A stretch of DNA of 64,000 nucleotides. Source: an uncultured delta proteobacterium. GTDB taxonomy: Bacteria > Desulfobacterota > Desulfuromonadia > Desulfuromonadales > CAWANI01. Within the stretch, counting starts at the first letter, position 1. Every line of letters starts with the position of its first letter. The notes under the pieces were generated by a model. That model ran no database searches. It was not told the origin of the DNA and was given only the letters and a program-made list of their open reading frames with translations. Below, piece by piece: positions 24,587 through 35,450 of the stretch. Made by a program: the position numbers and the translations under genes. The stretch is taken from positions 42,778 through 106,777 of the forward strand of contig CAWANI010000002.1 in NCBI GenBank assembly GCA_963783365.1, given 5' to 3'.

Positions 24587-26917
24587 ATGAAAATCGGTTT
24601 CCAATTGGGAGGAATCATCGCAATTGGCGTGATTTTGTTGGCCTTTGTGGGGGGCATCGGGATTTTTGAGCTCCACAACGTCCAATCCGGGTATCAGGTG
24701 GATGTGGGGGCGGAAAATCAATGCAAGATCCTGGCGATGGGAATCGGCCGCCAGACGTTGGAGACAACCCGCGACCAGGAATCCTTTTTATTGAATCATG
24801 ACCGGTCCTTGGTCAAAAAGGTCGGAAATTCCCTGGCCCGTGCCAAAAAAATGGCAGCCGAACTTGCCAACCGCACTTCGAGTGCCGCCGTGCGCGGCAA
24901 GCTTAAGCAGGTCGATCGGCTTCTCGACGGCTACCGGGACAGTTTCGACGCCCTCGCCCAGGCGTCCGAAGAGCGGGGGCTGAGCCAGAAGGAGGGGCTG
25001 CTCGGGCAGTTTCGCAAGACCGGCGGGGAACTGCGGACGATCATGATGCAGTACGATACCGACATGATCCAGATCCGTTTTCTGGAAATGCGACAGTACG
25101 AAAAGGACATTTTTCTCCATCTTCACAATCCGCCGAAGCGCGATTTGTATCTCGGACGTTTCATGGCGGCCCGCGGTGCCTTTTCCATGATGATCGACAA
25201 AAGTACCCTGGGCGACGATCTGAAACAGAACCTGAAGGTCTTCGGTATGGACTATGCCGGCGCTCTCAACGACTATACCGGTGCCATCGATGCCGGGCGC
25301 AAGGCGAAGCCGGACAAGATCTTCGCGGCGGCAAAGAAGTTGGAAAAAGCCATTCTCAACCACAACCTGCGGTTGGGGAAGACGCTGTACCTGACCCTGA
25401 GAGTGGCGGAAAAGAACTACCTTCTGACCCAATCGGCGACTTACGCCGACGCAGTGAAGTCATTGCTCGATAAACTGGAGCTGCAGGTCGGAATTGCCCC
25501 CATTCCCTTCGACGTCGGGCAACAGGTCCTGGGCCTTCTGAAAGAGTACCGGCAGGATTTCGACTCCCTGGTGGCGAAAGATCAGCAGATCGCGACCCTG
25601 CGGCAGGAGCTGAGCAAGAAAGCCGGCCAAGTCATGAACTTGGCATCGGAAACCAGCCGTCAGGCGGAAAAAGCCTCTCAGCAGCAGATCGCCCGGATTT
25701 CCGGCAAGACCCGATCGTCTATTGTTTTGATGGCGATTTTCAGCCTGTTGAGCCTGGTGGTCGGAACCGTGGCAGGCATTCTTTTCACCCGGCGGCTTTC
25801 CAGACCGATCGCCCAGACCGTGACCATGATCCAGGAGATGGAGCAGGGACGGCTCGATCGGAGGCTGCGGCTAGAGCGCCGGGACGAGATTGGCCAGATG
25901 GCGCGGACCATGGATGCCTTCGCTGAAAGTCTCCAGCATGAAGTGGTGGATGTGCTGCAACAGCTGGCGCAAGGCGAGATGACCTTTGCCGTTGAGCCCA
26001 AAAACGACGAGGATACGGTGCGGGGCGCCCTGAAAAAGGTTGGGGACGATCTGAATGCTCTGCTGGAGCAGATCAGGAATCTGGGCGTTCGGATCGATGC
26101 CGGGGCCGTTCAGGTGGCCGATGCGGCCCAGTCTCTCTCCCAGGGGGCGACGGAATCCGCCGCCTCCCTGGAACAGATTTCCGCCTCCATGACGACCATC
26201 TCGAGCCAGACCAGGTCCAATGCCGAAAGCGCCAAACAGGCCAATCAGTTGTCAGCCGAGGCGAAAGAAGCTGCCGAGAACGGGTCCCTGCAGATGAACG
26301 AGATGACGGCTTCGATGGATGAAATCCATCGGGCCGGAGGGGATATCTCCAAGATCATCCAGACGATCGACGAAATCGCCTTTCAGACCAATTTGCTGGC
26401 CCTCAATGCGGCCGTCGAGGCCGCCAGGGCGGGCCAACACGGCAAGGGATTCGCCGTGGTGGCGGAAGAAGTACGCAACCTGGCAGCCCGCAGCGCGCGC
26501 GCCGCCGGGGAAACCGCGGAACTGATCAAAAGCACTGTGGAGAAAACCGAGCGCGGCACTGAAATCGCCAACCGAACCTCCAAGGCCTTGTCGGACATCG
26601 TCAGCCGGGTTACCAAAACCAGCGATCTGGTGGCTGAAATCGCCGCCTCTTCCAGCGAGCAGGCGGAAGGCATCAGCCAGATTACCACCGGGCTGGACCA
26701 GATCGACCAGGTGACCCAACAGAATACCGCTCACAGCGAGGAGAGCGCCGCCGCAGCGCAAGAGCTGTCCAACCAGGCGAGCAAATTGAACAACCTCCTC
26801 TCGCGCTTCCACCTTCGTCAGCAGGGGGAAGTGCGCGCCACAGCCGTCCTCTCTCTCGCGGAGGAAGGCAGGCAACCGCAGGCGCTGCCGGATGCCGGGT
26901 GGGAAGACTTCGATTGA
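24587..26917 (+). CDS. methyl-accepting chemotaxis protein (large periplasmic sensor, HAMP, MCP signalling domain)
   Basis: Two TM segments flank a region of about 350 aa, followed by a HAMP domain and the conserved hairpin [49 protein letters not shown]. Confidence 0.9.
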   Translation: MKIGFQLGGIIAIGVILLAFVGGIGIFELHNVQSGYQVDVGAENQCKILAMGIGRQTLETTRDQESFLLNHDRSLVKKVGNSLARAKKMAAELANRTSSAAVRGKLKQVDRLLDGYRDSFDALAQASEERGLSQKEGLLGQFRKTGGELRTIMMQYDTDMIQIRFLEMRQYEKDIFLHLHNPPKRDLYLGRFMAARGAFSMMIDKSTLGDDLKQNLKVFGMDYAGALNDYTGAIDAGRKAKPDKIFAAAKKLEKAILNHNLRLGKTLYLTLRVAEKNYLLTQSATYADAVKSLLDKLELQVGIAPIPFDVGQQVLGLLKEYRQDFDSLVAKDQQIATLRQELSKKAGQVMNLASETSRQAEKASQQQIARISGKTRSSIVLMAIFSLLSLVVGTVAGILFTRRLSRPIAQTVTMIQEMEQGRLDRRLRLERRDEIGQMARTMDAFAESLQHEVVDVLQQLAQGEMTFAVEPKNDEDTVRGALKKVGDDLNALLEQIRNLGVRIDAGAVQVADAAQSLSQGATESAASLEQISASMTTISSQTRSNAESAKQANQLSAEAKEAAENGSLQMNEMTASMDEIHRAGGDISKIIQTIDEIAFQTNLLALNAAVEAARAGQHGKGFAVVAEEVRNLAARSARAAGETAELIKSTVEKTERGTEIANRTSKALSDIVSRVTKTSDLVAEIAASSSEQAEGISQITTGLDQIDQVTQQNTAHSEESAAAAQELSNQASKLNNLLSRFHLRQQGEVRATAVLSLAEEGRQPQALPDAGWEDFD

Positions 26918-26944
26918 GGTGCGCCGGCTCCGAAACCCATTCAA

Positions 26945-26971
26945 GGCGGCCGCTCGGCCGCCTTTTTTTTT
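26945..26971 (+). terminator. rho-independent terminator after the MCP gene
   Basis: Arms ggcggcc and ggccgcc with a 4-nt loop, followed by T9. Confidence 0.85.
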
Positions 26972-27105
26972 AGGGCTGCCATTCCCGTCTCACCTCCCGG
27001 TTGTGGTGGGGGAGCGGAATAGGGCGGACGGGTTCCGTTTTCTTCAGGGGGCAAGCGCCTCGATCGATCCGCCGACCTTTCCTTGGACACCCAAACTCGC
27101 TCCCC

Positions 27106-28485
27106 TCACAGCGGGGAGGCCGCCTCTGCGGGCTCGGCGGCGAGAAGACGCAGTTCGCGCAGCAGGAAAACCCCGATCAGCAAGGTGGAGGCTCCGTCGG
27201 CGATCGGTGCGGCGTACCAGATGCCCGTCAGTCCGAAAAACAGGGGCAGGATCAGCACCAGGGGAATCAGGATCACCCCCTGGCGGCAGAGGGTGAGCAG
27301 CATCGCCACGCGGGCCCGGCCGACGGCCTGGAAATAATTGGTCCCCACCATCTGGATGCCGAAAAGAGGCAGCATCAGCAGAAAGATCCGGATGGCCCGC
27401 GACCCCATGACCGCCAGTGCCTGATCATCGGGGCTGAAGAGGTGGAAAATCGCTGCCGGCTGCAGTTCGATGGCAAGGTAGCACAGAACGACCACCGCGG
27501 ATGCGACGGCTAAAGCCGTTTTGAGCACCTGGCGGACCCGGTTGTATTGCAGCGCCCCGTAGTTGAAACTGAGGATCGGCTGGGCCCCCTGGTTGAGGCC
27601 GATGAGCGGCATGCGGACCAGCATCTGGACGCTGAAGATCACCCCCATGACGGAGAGGGCGACGTTGCCTCCGTACGTGGACAGGCGGTTGTTCAGAACG
27701 GCGATGATGGCGCTGGCGCCGACGATCATGGCGAAGGGCGGCGCGCCGATCGTTATGATCTGCCGGACCAGGGCCGGGCGCAGCCGCAGGAAGGCGCGGC
27801 GCAGTTTGAGAAGGCTGCGACCCCCGAGAAAGTAGTGCAGAACCCACAGGGCCGCCACGCCCTGGGCCAGCACGGTGGCGAGAGCCGCCCCGCGAACGCC
27901 GAGATGGAGGCCGAAGATGAAAATGGGGTCGAGCACGATGTTGAGGCCGGAGCCGAAAAACATGGTCCACATCGCCGTGCGGGGATTGCCTTCGCCGCGG
28001 ATGAAGTTGCTCATGCCCAGCGCGATCAGCTGCAGCGGCATGCCGAGCAGGATGATGGCGAGGTACTGGCGGGCCATGGGGAGAATCGCGTCGCTGGCGC
28101 CGAAGAGGGTCAGCAGCGGCGCGAGGCCGAGCAGCCCGAGGCCGATGAAGGCGACGGAGAGTACGAGGTAGAGGGAGAAGGAGTTGCCGAGGACTTCCTC
28201 GGCTTCTTCGGGGTGCTTCTGGCCGAGACGGATGCCCATCAGGGTGTTGCCGCCGCGAGAGATCAGCATGCCGAAGGCCATCATGATCATCATGACGGGA
28301 AAGCAGACGGAGATGGCGGCGATGCCGAGGGCTCCCACCTGGTGGCCGACAAAGATACGATCGACCACGTTGTAGAGGCCGTTCACCAGGGTGCCGATGA
28401 CCGCCGGAACGGAAAAGTGGGCGAGCAGCGGCCCGATCGGCTCCGTTCCCATCCGCTCCGATTGATGTGCTTTCAAAGGTTTCAT
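27106..28485 (-). CDS. MATE family efflux transporter
   Basis: 459-aa ORF with 12-TM character and a MATE N-terminal pattern (PIGPLLAHFSVPAVIGTLVNGLYNVVDRIFVG). Confidence 0.9.
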   Translation of the reverse strand: MKPLKAHQSERMGTEPIGPLLAHFSVPAVIGTLVNGLYNVVDRIFVGHQVGALGIAAISVCFPVMMIMMAFGMLISRGGNTLMGIRLGQKHPEEAEEVLGNSFSLYLVLSVAFIGLGLLGLAPLLTLFGASDAILPMARQYLAIILLGMPLQLIALGMSNFIRGEGNPRTAMWTMFFGSGLNIVLDPIFIFGLHLGVRGAALATVLAQGVAALWVLHYFLGGRSLLKLRRAFLRLRPALVRQIITIGAPPFAMIVGASAIIAVLNNRLSTYGGNVALSVMGVIFSVQMLVRMPLIGLNQGAQPILSFNYGALQYNRVRQVLKTALAVASAVVVLCYLAIELQPAAIFHLFSPDDQALAVMGSRAIRIFLLMLPLFGIQMVGTNYFQAVGRARVAMLLTLCRQGVILIPLVLILPLFFGLTGIWYAAPIADGASTLLIGVFLLRELRLLAAEPAEAASPL

Positions 28486-28563
28486 TCTGCTTTTTCGGTA
28501 ATTAGTCCGCCAGTCCGTTTCTCGATGAAAGTTGCGGATTTTACGTCCAATACCAGTTACCGT

Positions 28564-28589
28564 GGGTACCGTGAAGCACTGCCCCGATC
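28564..28589. repeat. short repeat R3 (gggtaccgtgaRgcactgccccgatc), also at 54686..54711
   Basis: Direct comparison of the two loci: 25 of 26 nt are identical. Confidence 0.75.
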
Positions 28590-28676
28590 ACCTAGCGTCG
28601 CCACGAAGCTCTGTCCACGTCTTTCCCACGATCCCTCCAGAAGCGTCCGAATCCAGGCGACAGAAATGCCTCCCGG

Positions 28677-28767
28677 CAGGGGCCGCCCTTTTCTTTGCAT
28701 CCTTTCTTTTGGGCGGAATAAAAAGAAAGGATGGCGGGGTGCGGGGCGCGGCGCCCGCGGTCTTGAG
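28677..28767. repeat. intergenic hairpin repeat R1, copy 2
   Basis: Matches 8079..8167. It is preceded by the boundary motif ggcgacagaaatgcctcccggcagg (28659-28683). Weaker similarity to the 8-kb locus continues to about 28860 (tcgccggtcccggccggc is shared). Confidence 0.85.
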
Positions 28768-28914
28768 AAGTTTGCTTTTCGGATTCTGGAGAATGAGTCC
28801 TGTTTCAGAGAAAAATCCAAATGCTCAAAGTCGCCGGTCCCGGCCGGCGGCCAGCTTGAAGCTGGTTTCCTTTTTCCGGGCAGAGGGGGGGCTGAAAGCC
28901 AAAGGCGTAGATGC

Positions 28915-28943
28915 AAAGGGGCAGACCCAAGGTCTGCCCCTTT
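28915..28943 (-). terminator. hairpin terminator after the RND permease gene
   Basis: 13-bp stem aaaggggcagacc/ggtctgccccttt with a 3-nt loop and T-rich flanks on both strands. Confidence 0.65.
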
Positions 28944-28973
28944 GTCGGTTTCGAGCGTATCCGAACCGAAACC

Positions 28974-31900
28974 TCAGGAGACTGCCGTCTCGGTCTCGGC
29001 CGGAAGAGCCTCTTCAACAGTGTGCTTGGCGTGATCGGTCGCCAGCAACATGTACATCGCCGGCACGACGAAGAGGGTGAAGAGGGTGCCGATGGAGAGC
29101 CCGGTGGCAATCACCAGCCCCATGTTGAAACGGCTGACCGCGCCGGCGCCGGTGGCGATGATCAGAGGCATCACCCCGAGAACCATGGCGGCGGTGGTCA
29201 TCAGGATCGGCCGCAGCCGGATCGCCGCCGCCGTCTCGATCGCCTCGCGCTTGCTGTTCCCCTCTTTCTGCAGGTTGTTGGCGAACTCGACGATCAGGAT
29301 GCCGTGCTTGCTGATCAGGCCGATCAGAGTCACCAGGCCGACCTCGGTGTAGATGTTGAGGCTCGCGCCGCCGACACCGAGGCTGATGAAAATCAGCGCC
29401 CCGCAGATCGACATCGGTACGGTGATCAGGATGATGATCGGATCGCGAAAGCTCTCGAACTGGGCTGCCAGGGCCAGAAAGATGATGATCAGTGCGAAGA
29501 AGAAGGTGACCAGCAGGGCACTCGATTCCTGTACGAACTGCCGGGACTGGCCGGCGTAACCGATCGAATACCCCTGCGGCAGCGTTCTGTCGGCGAGGTT
29601 TTTCAGATAGGTCAGCGCCTGTCCCTGGGTGACGCCGGGGAAGGCCACTCCCGAGATGGTCGCCGCGTTCTGCTGCTGGAAGTGGTTGAGCGATTCGGGC
29701 ACGGTCTTCGTTTCGATATGGGCCACGGTCGACAGCGGTACCGTACCGCCGCTCGCGGTGTGGATATAGTAGTTATTGAGCTGTCCGGTGTTGAGCCGGA
29801 AGCGCTGCTGCACCTGGGGAATCACCTTGTAGGAGCGGCCGTCGAGGCTGAAATAGTTGACGTATCCACCGCCCAGCATGGTGCCCAGGTCGTTGCCGAC
29901 ATCGCGCATCGAAAGGCCCAGCTGGGCGGTCAGATTGCGGTCGAGGACCACCTTCGACTGGGGCAGATCGTATTTGAGATCGCTGTCGAGGAACATGAAC
30001 ATGCCGCTTTTCTGGGCCGTCTGCATGAACTTGCTGGCCACCTGGTGCAGTCGCTGGAACGGATCGGTGGTCTGGATGACGAACTGAATCGGCAGGCCGC
30101 GGCTCCCCGGCAGGGGCGGCGGCTGGAAGGCGACCACCCGGACCCCGGGAATGTGGCTGAGTTCCTGCTGGATGACCGGCTGTAGCTGGCTGGCGGTCTT
30201 CTCCCGCTGGTCCCAGGGTTTGAGCACCATCCCGGCGATGGAGCTGCCGGGCATGTCGAGCTGGAAGACATGGTCCGTCTGAGGATGTTTGGCGAAGTCC
30301 TCGTACACCGCGTGAGAATAGAGCTGCTTCTGTTGCAGGGTGGCGTTCGGGGCCGCCGTCGAGGCGGTGATGATGACCCCCTGGTCTTCCTGGGGGGCCA
30401 GTTCCGACTTCGCTCCGGCATACAGAAAATAGATGCTGCCGAGCACGATCAGGGCGAAGACGATGGTTACCGGGAAGGTGTTGAGGGTGCCATGCAGCAG
30501 GCGCTGGTAGCGCTGATGCAGGGCATCGAAGCGCCGGTCGAGGTAGGCGACGAACTTCGCCTGCCACCCCTTCGGATTGGGATCGTGGGGCTTGAGAAAG
30601 CGCGAGCACATCATCGGCGAGAGGGTCAGGGCAACGATCCCCGAGATGGTAACCGCACCGACCAGGGTAAAGGCGAATTCCGTGAAGAGGGCGCCGGTCA
30701 GTCCTCCCATGAAGCCGATGGGGATGTAGACGGCGATCAGCACCACGGTCATGACGATGATCGGATTGGCCAGTTCGCGGGCGCCGACGATGGCCGCCTC
30801 CATCGGCTTCAGACCCTCTTCGAGGTGTCGGTTGACGTTCTCGACGATGATGATCGCGTCATCGACCACCAGCCCGATGGCAAGCACCAGGGCGAGGAGG
30901 GTCAGCAGGTTGATGGAGAAGCCGAACATCAGCATGATGGTGAAGGCGCCGATCAGCGACAGCGGGATAGCGATGGTCGGAATCAGCACCGAGCGCAGCG
31001 AACCGAGAAAGGCGAAGACCACGAAGGTGACGATCAGCAGCGCTTCGGCCAGGGTGTGCTCGACCTCGGTGATGGAACTGTCGACGAATTTGGTGGAATC
31101 GTAGACGATCTTGCCGCTTAGTCCCTCGGGCAGCTGTTGCTGGATATGCGGGAAAACGGTGCGGACCCGTTTGATGACATCGAGAAGGTTGGCCGACGGG
31201 GCCACCTGGATGCCGATGTAGACCGCCTTTTTGCCGTCGAAGGCCACCTGGGAGTCGTAATCTTCAGATCCGAGGGTCACCTTCGCCACGTCCCCAAGGC
31301 GCACAACCGCGCCGTCCTGCTGTTTGAGGATCAGGTTGCGGAACTCGTCGAGGGAGTGGAGGCTGGTCGAGGCCGTCAGGTTGACCTCCACCATCTGCCC
31401 CTTGGTGCTGCCCACCGCCGAGAGATAGTCGTTGTTTCCCAGCGCCGTCCAGACGTCGGAGGCGGTGAGGCCGTGGGCAGCGAGCTTTTTGGGGTTGAGC
31501 CAGGCGCGCAGGGCAAAATGCTTGGCGCCGAGAATTTCCGCCGTCTGCACCCCGTCGACCGCCTGCAGCTTCGGCTGCACGACGCGGGTCAAGTAATCGG
31601 TAATTTTGTTCGATTCGAGAACCGGACTCGAAAAGCCGAGGTACATGGCGTCGATCGTCTGCCCGACCTTGACGCTCATCACCGGTTGCTGGGCGTCGGG
31701 CGGCAGCTGGTTGCGCACGGCACTGACCTTGGTGCTGATCTCCGTGAGGGCCTTGTCGGGATCGTAATTGAGCCGCAGGTTGGCGGTAATCGTGCTCAGC
31801 CCCTGGGTGCTGGTCGAGGTCATGTAGTCGATGCCGTTCGCCTGGGCAATGGAATTTTCCAGGGGCGTGGTGATAAAGCCCGCCACCACGTCGGCATCGG

Positions 31901-32060
31901 CGCCGGTATAGGCTGTGGTGACAGTGACCACGGCGTTTTCCGTGCGCGGAAACTGCAGAACGGGCAGCAGCCCCATGGAGCGCAGGCCGAGCACCAGTAT
32001 GAAGAGGCTCAGCACCGTCGCCAATACCGGCCGGCGGATAAAAATGTCCGTGAATTTCAT
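28974..32060 (-). CDS. RND (HAE1-type) multidrug efflux permease
   Basis: 1028-aa ORF with an AcrB/MexB-like N-terminus (MKFTDIFIRRPVLATVLSL) and 12-TM architecture with two large loops. Confidence 0.95.
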   Translation of the reverse strand: MKFTDIFIRRPVLATVLSLFILVLGLRSMGLLPVLQFPRTENAVVTVTTAYTGADADVVAGFITTPLENSIAQANGIDYMTSTSTQGLSTITANLRLNYDPDKALTEISTKVSAVRNQLPPDAQQPVMSVKVGQTIDAMYLGFSSPVLESNKITDYLTRVVQPKLQAVDGVQTAEILGAKHFALRAWLNPKKLAAHGLTASDVWTALGNNDYLSAVGSTKGQMVEVNLTASTSLHSLDEFRNLILKQQDGAVVRLGDVAKVTLGSEDYDSQVAFDGKKAVYIGIQVAPSANLLDVIKRVRTVFPHIQQQLPEGLSGKIVYDSTKFVDSSITEVEHTLAEALLIVTFVVFAFLGSLRSVLIPTIAIPLSLIGAFTIMLMFGFSINLLTLLALVLAIGLVVDDAIIIVENVNRHLEEGLKPMEAAIVGARELANPIIVMTVVLIAVYIPIGFMGGLTGALFTEFAFTLVGAVTISGIVALTLSPMMCSRFLKPHDPNPKGWQAKFVAYLDRRFDALHQRYQRLLHGTLNTFPVTIVFALIVLGSIYFLYAGAKSELAPQEDQGVIITASTAAPNATLQQKQLYSHAVYEDFAKHPQTDHVFQLDMPGSSIAGMVLKPWDQREKTASQLQPVIQQELSHIPGVRVVAFQPPPLPGSRGLPIQFVIQTTDPFQRLHQVASKFMQTAQKSGMFMFLDSDLKYDLPQSKVVLDRNLTAQLGLSMRDVGNDLGTMLGGGYVNYFSLDGRSYKVIPQVQQRFRLNTGQLNNYYIHTASGGTVPLSTVAHIETKTVPESLNHFQQQNAATISGVAFPGVTQGQALTYLKNLADRTLPQGYSIGYAGQSRQFVQESSALLVTFFFALIIIFLALAAQFESFRDPIIILITVPMSICGALIFISLGVGGASLNIYTEVGLVTLIGLISKHGILIVEFANNLQKEGNSKREAIETAAAIRLRPILMTTAAMVLGVMPLIIATGAGAVSRFNMGLVIATGLSIGTLFTLFVVPAMYMLLATDHAKHTVEEALPAETETAVS

Positions 32061-32073
32061 CTATGACTCCCGC

Positions 32074-33204
32074 TTACTGGTCCGTGGGGTTCGGCGCCGG
32101 ATTGTTGGTCGGCTGGATGGAGTTGTTGACGACCACCGGAATTCCGTTACGCAGTTTCATCTGTCCCGAGGTCACCACGACATCGCCCGGTTCGACCCCT
32201 TTGAGAATGGCAATCTGGTCCCCCCGGGTATCGCCGGTGGTCACGAATTTCTGCTCGGCGACCAGTTTCGGCTTGCTGGCTGCGTTCTGCCCCTGTTTTT
32301 TGACCAGGAAGACCGTGTTGCCGTAGGGGTTGAAGCTGATGGCCGTTTGCGGCAGGGTGACGTGGCGCTGCGGGGCGCCGATCTGGATATCGGTGGTTGC
32401 GAACATCCCGGGCAGCAGCTGGTGCTTGGGATTATGAACCCTGGCGCGGATCTCGACGTTGCGGGTGCTCAGATCGATCTTGGGGTTGATGGCGGCGACC
32501 TCTCCGCGGAAGGTCCGGTCGGGAAAGGCATCCGTCTTTACCGTGACCTTGTCGCCGACCGTGATCTGCTGGATCGATTTCTGCGGCAGGTAGAAATCGA
32601 CGAAGATCGGGTCGAGGGCCTGCAGGGTGACGATCTTGGCGCCGGGGTTGAGATACTGGCCGAGATCGACGTCCCGGATGCCGAGACGACCGGCAAAAGG
32701 AGCCCGCATCGATTTCTTGGCGATCAGCGCCTGCTGTTCGGCGACCTGCGCCCGGGCGCTCTTCAGATTGGCCGTGTCGGTGTCGAGGGTGGCCTGGCTG
32801 ATCGCCTTTTCCTTGAACTGCTGCTGATCCCGCCGGAAGGTCTGTTCCGTCAGGGCCGCCGCCGCTTGGAGCGACTGGAGCTTGGCCAGATCGGTTCGGG
32901 CGTCGAGAGTCAGCAGCAGGGTGCCGGCTTTCACCTCTTCCCCCGAATGAAAGTGGATGCCCGAAACGGTTCCACTGACCTCCGGAGCCAGATCGACGCC
33001 GTGCACCGCCTTCAGCGTGCCGACGGCCTCCACTTGCGGTTGCCAGCTCTTTTCGGTCGCTTCGATGGTGGAGACGGTTTGCGCCGGAATCCCGCGCGCC
33101 GCCATGAATTTTTTGATCATGCGTCCCTTGAACGCCTGAAAACCGAAAATTCCGCCGAAGAGCACTCCGGCCAGGATCAGCATGATGATCATACGCTTGG
33201 TCAT
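32074..33204 (-). CDS. RND efflux periplasmic adaptor (membrane fusion protein)
   Basis: 376-aa ORF with an N-terminal anchor and HlyD/AcrA-type lipoyl and beta-barrel segments. It sits directly upstream of the RND permease. Confidence 0.9.
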   Translation of the reverse strand: MTKRMIIMLILAGVLFGGIFGFQAFKGRMIKKFMAARGIPAQTVSTIEATEKSWQPQVEAVGTLKAVHGVDLAPEVSGTVSGIHFHSGEEVKAGTLLLTLDARTDLAKLQSLQAAAALTEQTFRRDQQQFKEKAISQATLDTDTANLKSARAQVAEQQALIAKKSMRAPFAGRLGIRDVDLGQYLNPGAKIVTLQALDPIFVDFYLPQKSIQQITVGDKVTVKTDAFPDRTFRGEVAAINPKIDLSTRNVEIRARVHNPKHQLLPGMFATTDIQIGAPQRHVTLPQTAISFNPYGNTVFLVKKQGQNAASKPKLVAEQKFVTTGDTRGDQIAILKGVEPGDVVVTSGQMKLRNGIPVVVNNSIQPTNNPAPNPTDQ

Positions 33205-33249
33205 GAGAAGCCTCGTTCCAATAGATAAATGGGCCGTCCTTGCGGCCGG

Positions 33250-34741
33250 TCAGTTGCTTGTCGCCGCCGATGCCGTCTGAACTTCGTCGGGCCGTTGCCA
33301 CCAGCCGCCGCCGAGGGCCTGAAAGAGGGCTGCGGTATCGGCATACCGCTGGGCCTGGGTGCTGACCAGGCGGATGCGGGCCTGCAGGTAATCGCGCTGG
33401 GCCACCAGCAGCTGGAGATAACTCACCGCGCCGAGTCCGAACTGTTTTTGCGTCAGGTCGAAATTTGTTTTTGCCGCGGTTTCGGCATCGGCCTGGGCGC
33501 GCAGCGCCATCGCATCCGTGTCGAGCGCCCGCAGCACATCGGCGACGTTCTGGAAGGCCTGCAGCACCGTCTGGCGGTATTGGGCCGCTGCCTGCTGATA
33601 GGCGGCCACGGCCGCTCGGCGTTTGGCCGTGAGTTCTCCGCCATGGAAGATCGGCTGCAACAGCCCGGCTCCCAGGCTCCAGATGACGTCCTGCCCCTTG
33701 AACAGATCGCCGACCCCGGTGGACTCGACCCCGTAACTGCCGCTCAGGGTGATCTTCGGATAGAGGTTTGCCGTTGCCACGCCGACCCCGGCACTGGCCT
33801 GGTGAAGCAGGGCTTCGCTGGCGCGGATGTCGGGACGCTGCCGGACCAGCGCCGATGGGAGGCTGACGGGAAGCACCTCGCGGCAGCTGCAGGGTGTCCA
33901 GTTTGAAGGTCGGCACCTCTCCCTGTCCCGGCAACCGGCCCGCGAGCGCCGCCAGGGCATGGCGGGTGAAGGCGAGTTGCTTTTCGAGCGGCGGCAGGGT
34001 GGCGCGGGTCTGAGCGAGCTCCGATTGCTGCGAGAGCACCGAGGCCTGGGGAACCGCCCCCAGTTCGAATTGCCTTTTCACCAGCGCCAGCTGTTTGCGC
34101 TCGGCCGTCAGCATGTCGTGGGTGGCGGCGATCTGGGCGCGAAGCGAGGCTTCCTGGATGGCGGTGGTCGTCAGGTTCGAGGTCAGCGTCAGATAGGCCG
34201 CCTGGTACTGAAAGCGCTGGTAATCGACCTGGGCGGCCAGGCCTTCGAGCTGCCGCCGCGAGGCGCCGAACAGGTCGAGGGTGTAGGAGACGTTGACCGA
34301 GGCATCAAGCAGGCTGAACTCCTGGCTCGATCCGCCGAAGGAAGCGCCGGAGATGCGCTGGCGGGTGGCCCGCAGGCCGGCATCGACGCTGGGGTAGAGC
34401 AGGGTGCCGCCCGCCGCCCGAAGATTCTCCCGCGCTTCGCTCAGGGCGGCCTTGGCTGCGCTGAGCGACGGGTTCTCCTTCAGCCCCTGTTTGATCAGCG
34501 CATCGAGAGCGGGGGAGCGAAACAGTGTCCACCACTGGGAAGCGAGCTCCCGGGTAAAGGAGAAGCGCTGGGGGGCGCCCCCCTCGACCGAGGCGCTCGC
34601 CGTCTCCTGCGGGAGAGGCGAGGCGGTGTAGGCCTTGACGGCGGGGGCCGCCGGCGACCGGAAATTGGGGCCGACCATGCACCCGGCGAGGGTGGTGGCC
34701 GTGATGCCGGCCACCAACAGACGGAAAACATACCATTTCAT
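33250..34741 (-). pseudogene. efflux outer-membrane factor lipoprotein (NodT/OprM family) with one frameshift near 33880
   Basis: The N-terminal part lies in the frame of ORF 32432..34786, starting MKWYVFRLLVAGITATTLAGC (lipobox) up to ...TFKLDTLQLPR. The C-terminal part is ORF 33250..33960 from EVLPVSLPSALVRQRPDIRA onward. Confidence 0.8.
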
Positions 34742-35379
34742 CGTTCTGTAATCCTGTCGTGTTGGACAGTGGGCGGGACCGAACACCGTGGCTCGAGACC
34801 GCCCATCAGCGTCTGAATCGAATCTTTTATCCGTTGTCGAACCGCTTCCGGGCCCATCTCCCGGGCGAGAAAATGATCGAACATGGCGGCATTGAAACCG
34901 CTCGCCAGCAGCAGTTCCGCCGCTGAATGAGGAATGACCTCCGCCGCCACCCGCCCCAGTCGCTGTTCGGCCTGCAGGTACGCGGCGAGAACGTCGACCG
35001 AACAGCGGGGTCCGATGCAGCGCTCCCGCAGGATCTCCCGGGTACGGGCCAACAGCTGGTGATCGGCGAGCAGCGAGCCAACGATGGGGGCGACCCAGAA
35101 CTGGAAGGTAAAGGCGGCCCGCAGCATCTGTTCCAGATTCTCCCGTACGCTCCCCTGTCCAACCTGTAGAGGCAGGTTCTCCAGAACTTCTCGAAAATCG
35201 CCCATGCTGTGTTCGACCACTGCATGGAGCAATCCGGCCTTGTCGCCGAAATGGTGGTAGAGGGCGCCTTCCGCGACACCGGCCTCCCGGGCGATCTCCC
35301 GAGTGGTCACCCGGGCAAGTCCGTCCCGTCGCAAGAGGAGCTCAGTCGCCCGGATCAGTTTTTGGCTGGTTGTGGTCAT
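34738..35379 (-). CDS. TetR/AcrR family transcriptional regulator
   Basis: 213-aa ORF with the TetR HTH (VTTREIAREAGVAEGALYHHFGDK). A 4-nt overlap joins it to the OMF start. Confidence 0.9.
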   Translation of the reverse strand: MTTTSQKLIRATELLLRRDGLARVTTREIAREAGVAEGALYHHFGDKAGLLHAVVEHSMGDFREVLENLPLQVGQGSVRENLEQMLRAAFTFQFWVAPIVGSLLADHQLLARTREILRERCIGPRCSVDVLAAYLQAEQRLGRVAAEVIPHSAAELLLASGFNAAMFDHFLAREMGPEAVRQRIKDSIQTLMGGLEPRCSVPPTVQHDRITER

Positions 35380-35450
35380 CGGTTATCGCTTGTCTCGGGA
35401 AGGTGCTCCGTTGCGGGGAAACGCCCCTATTCCTTCCACGGAAGGTGGCG

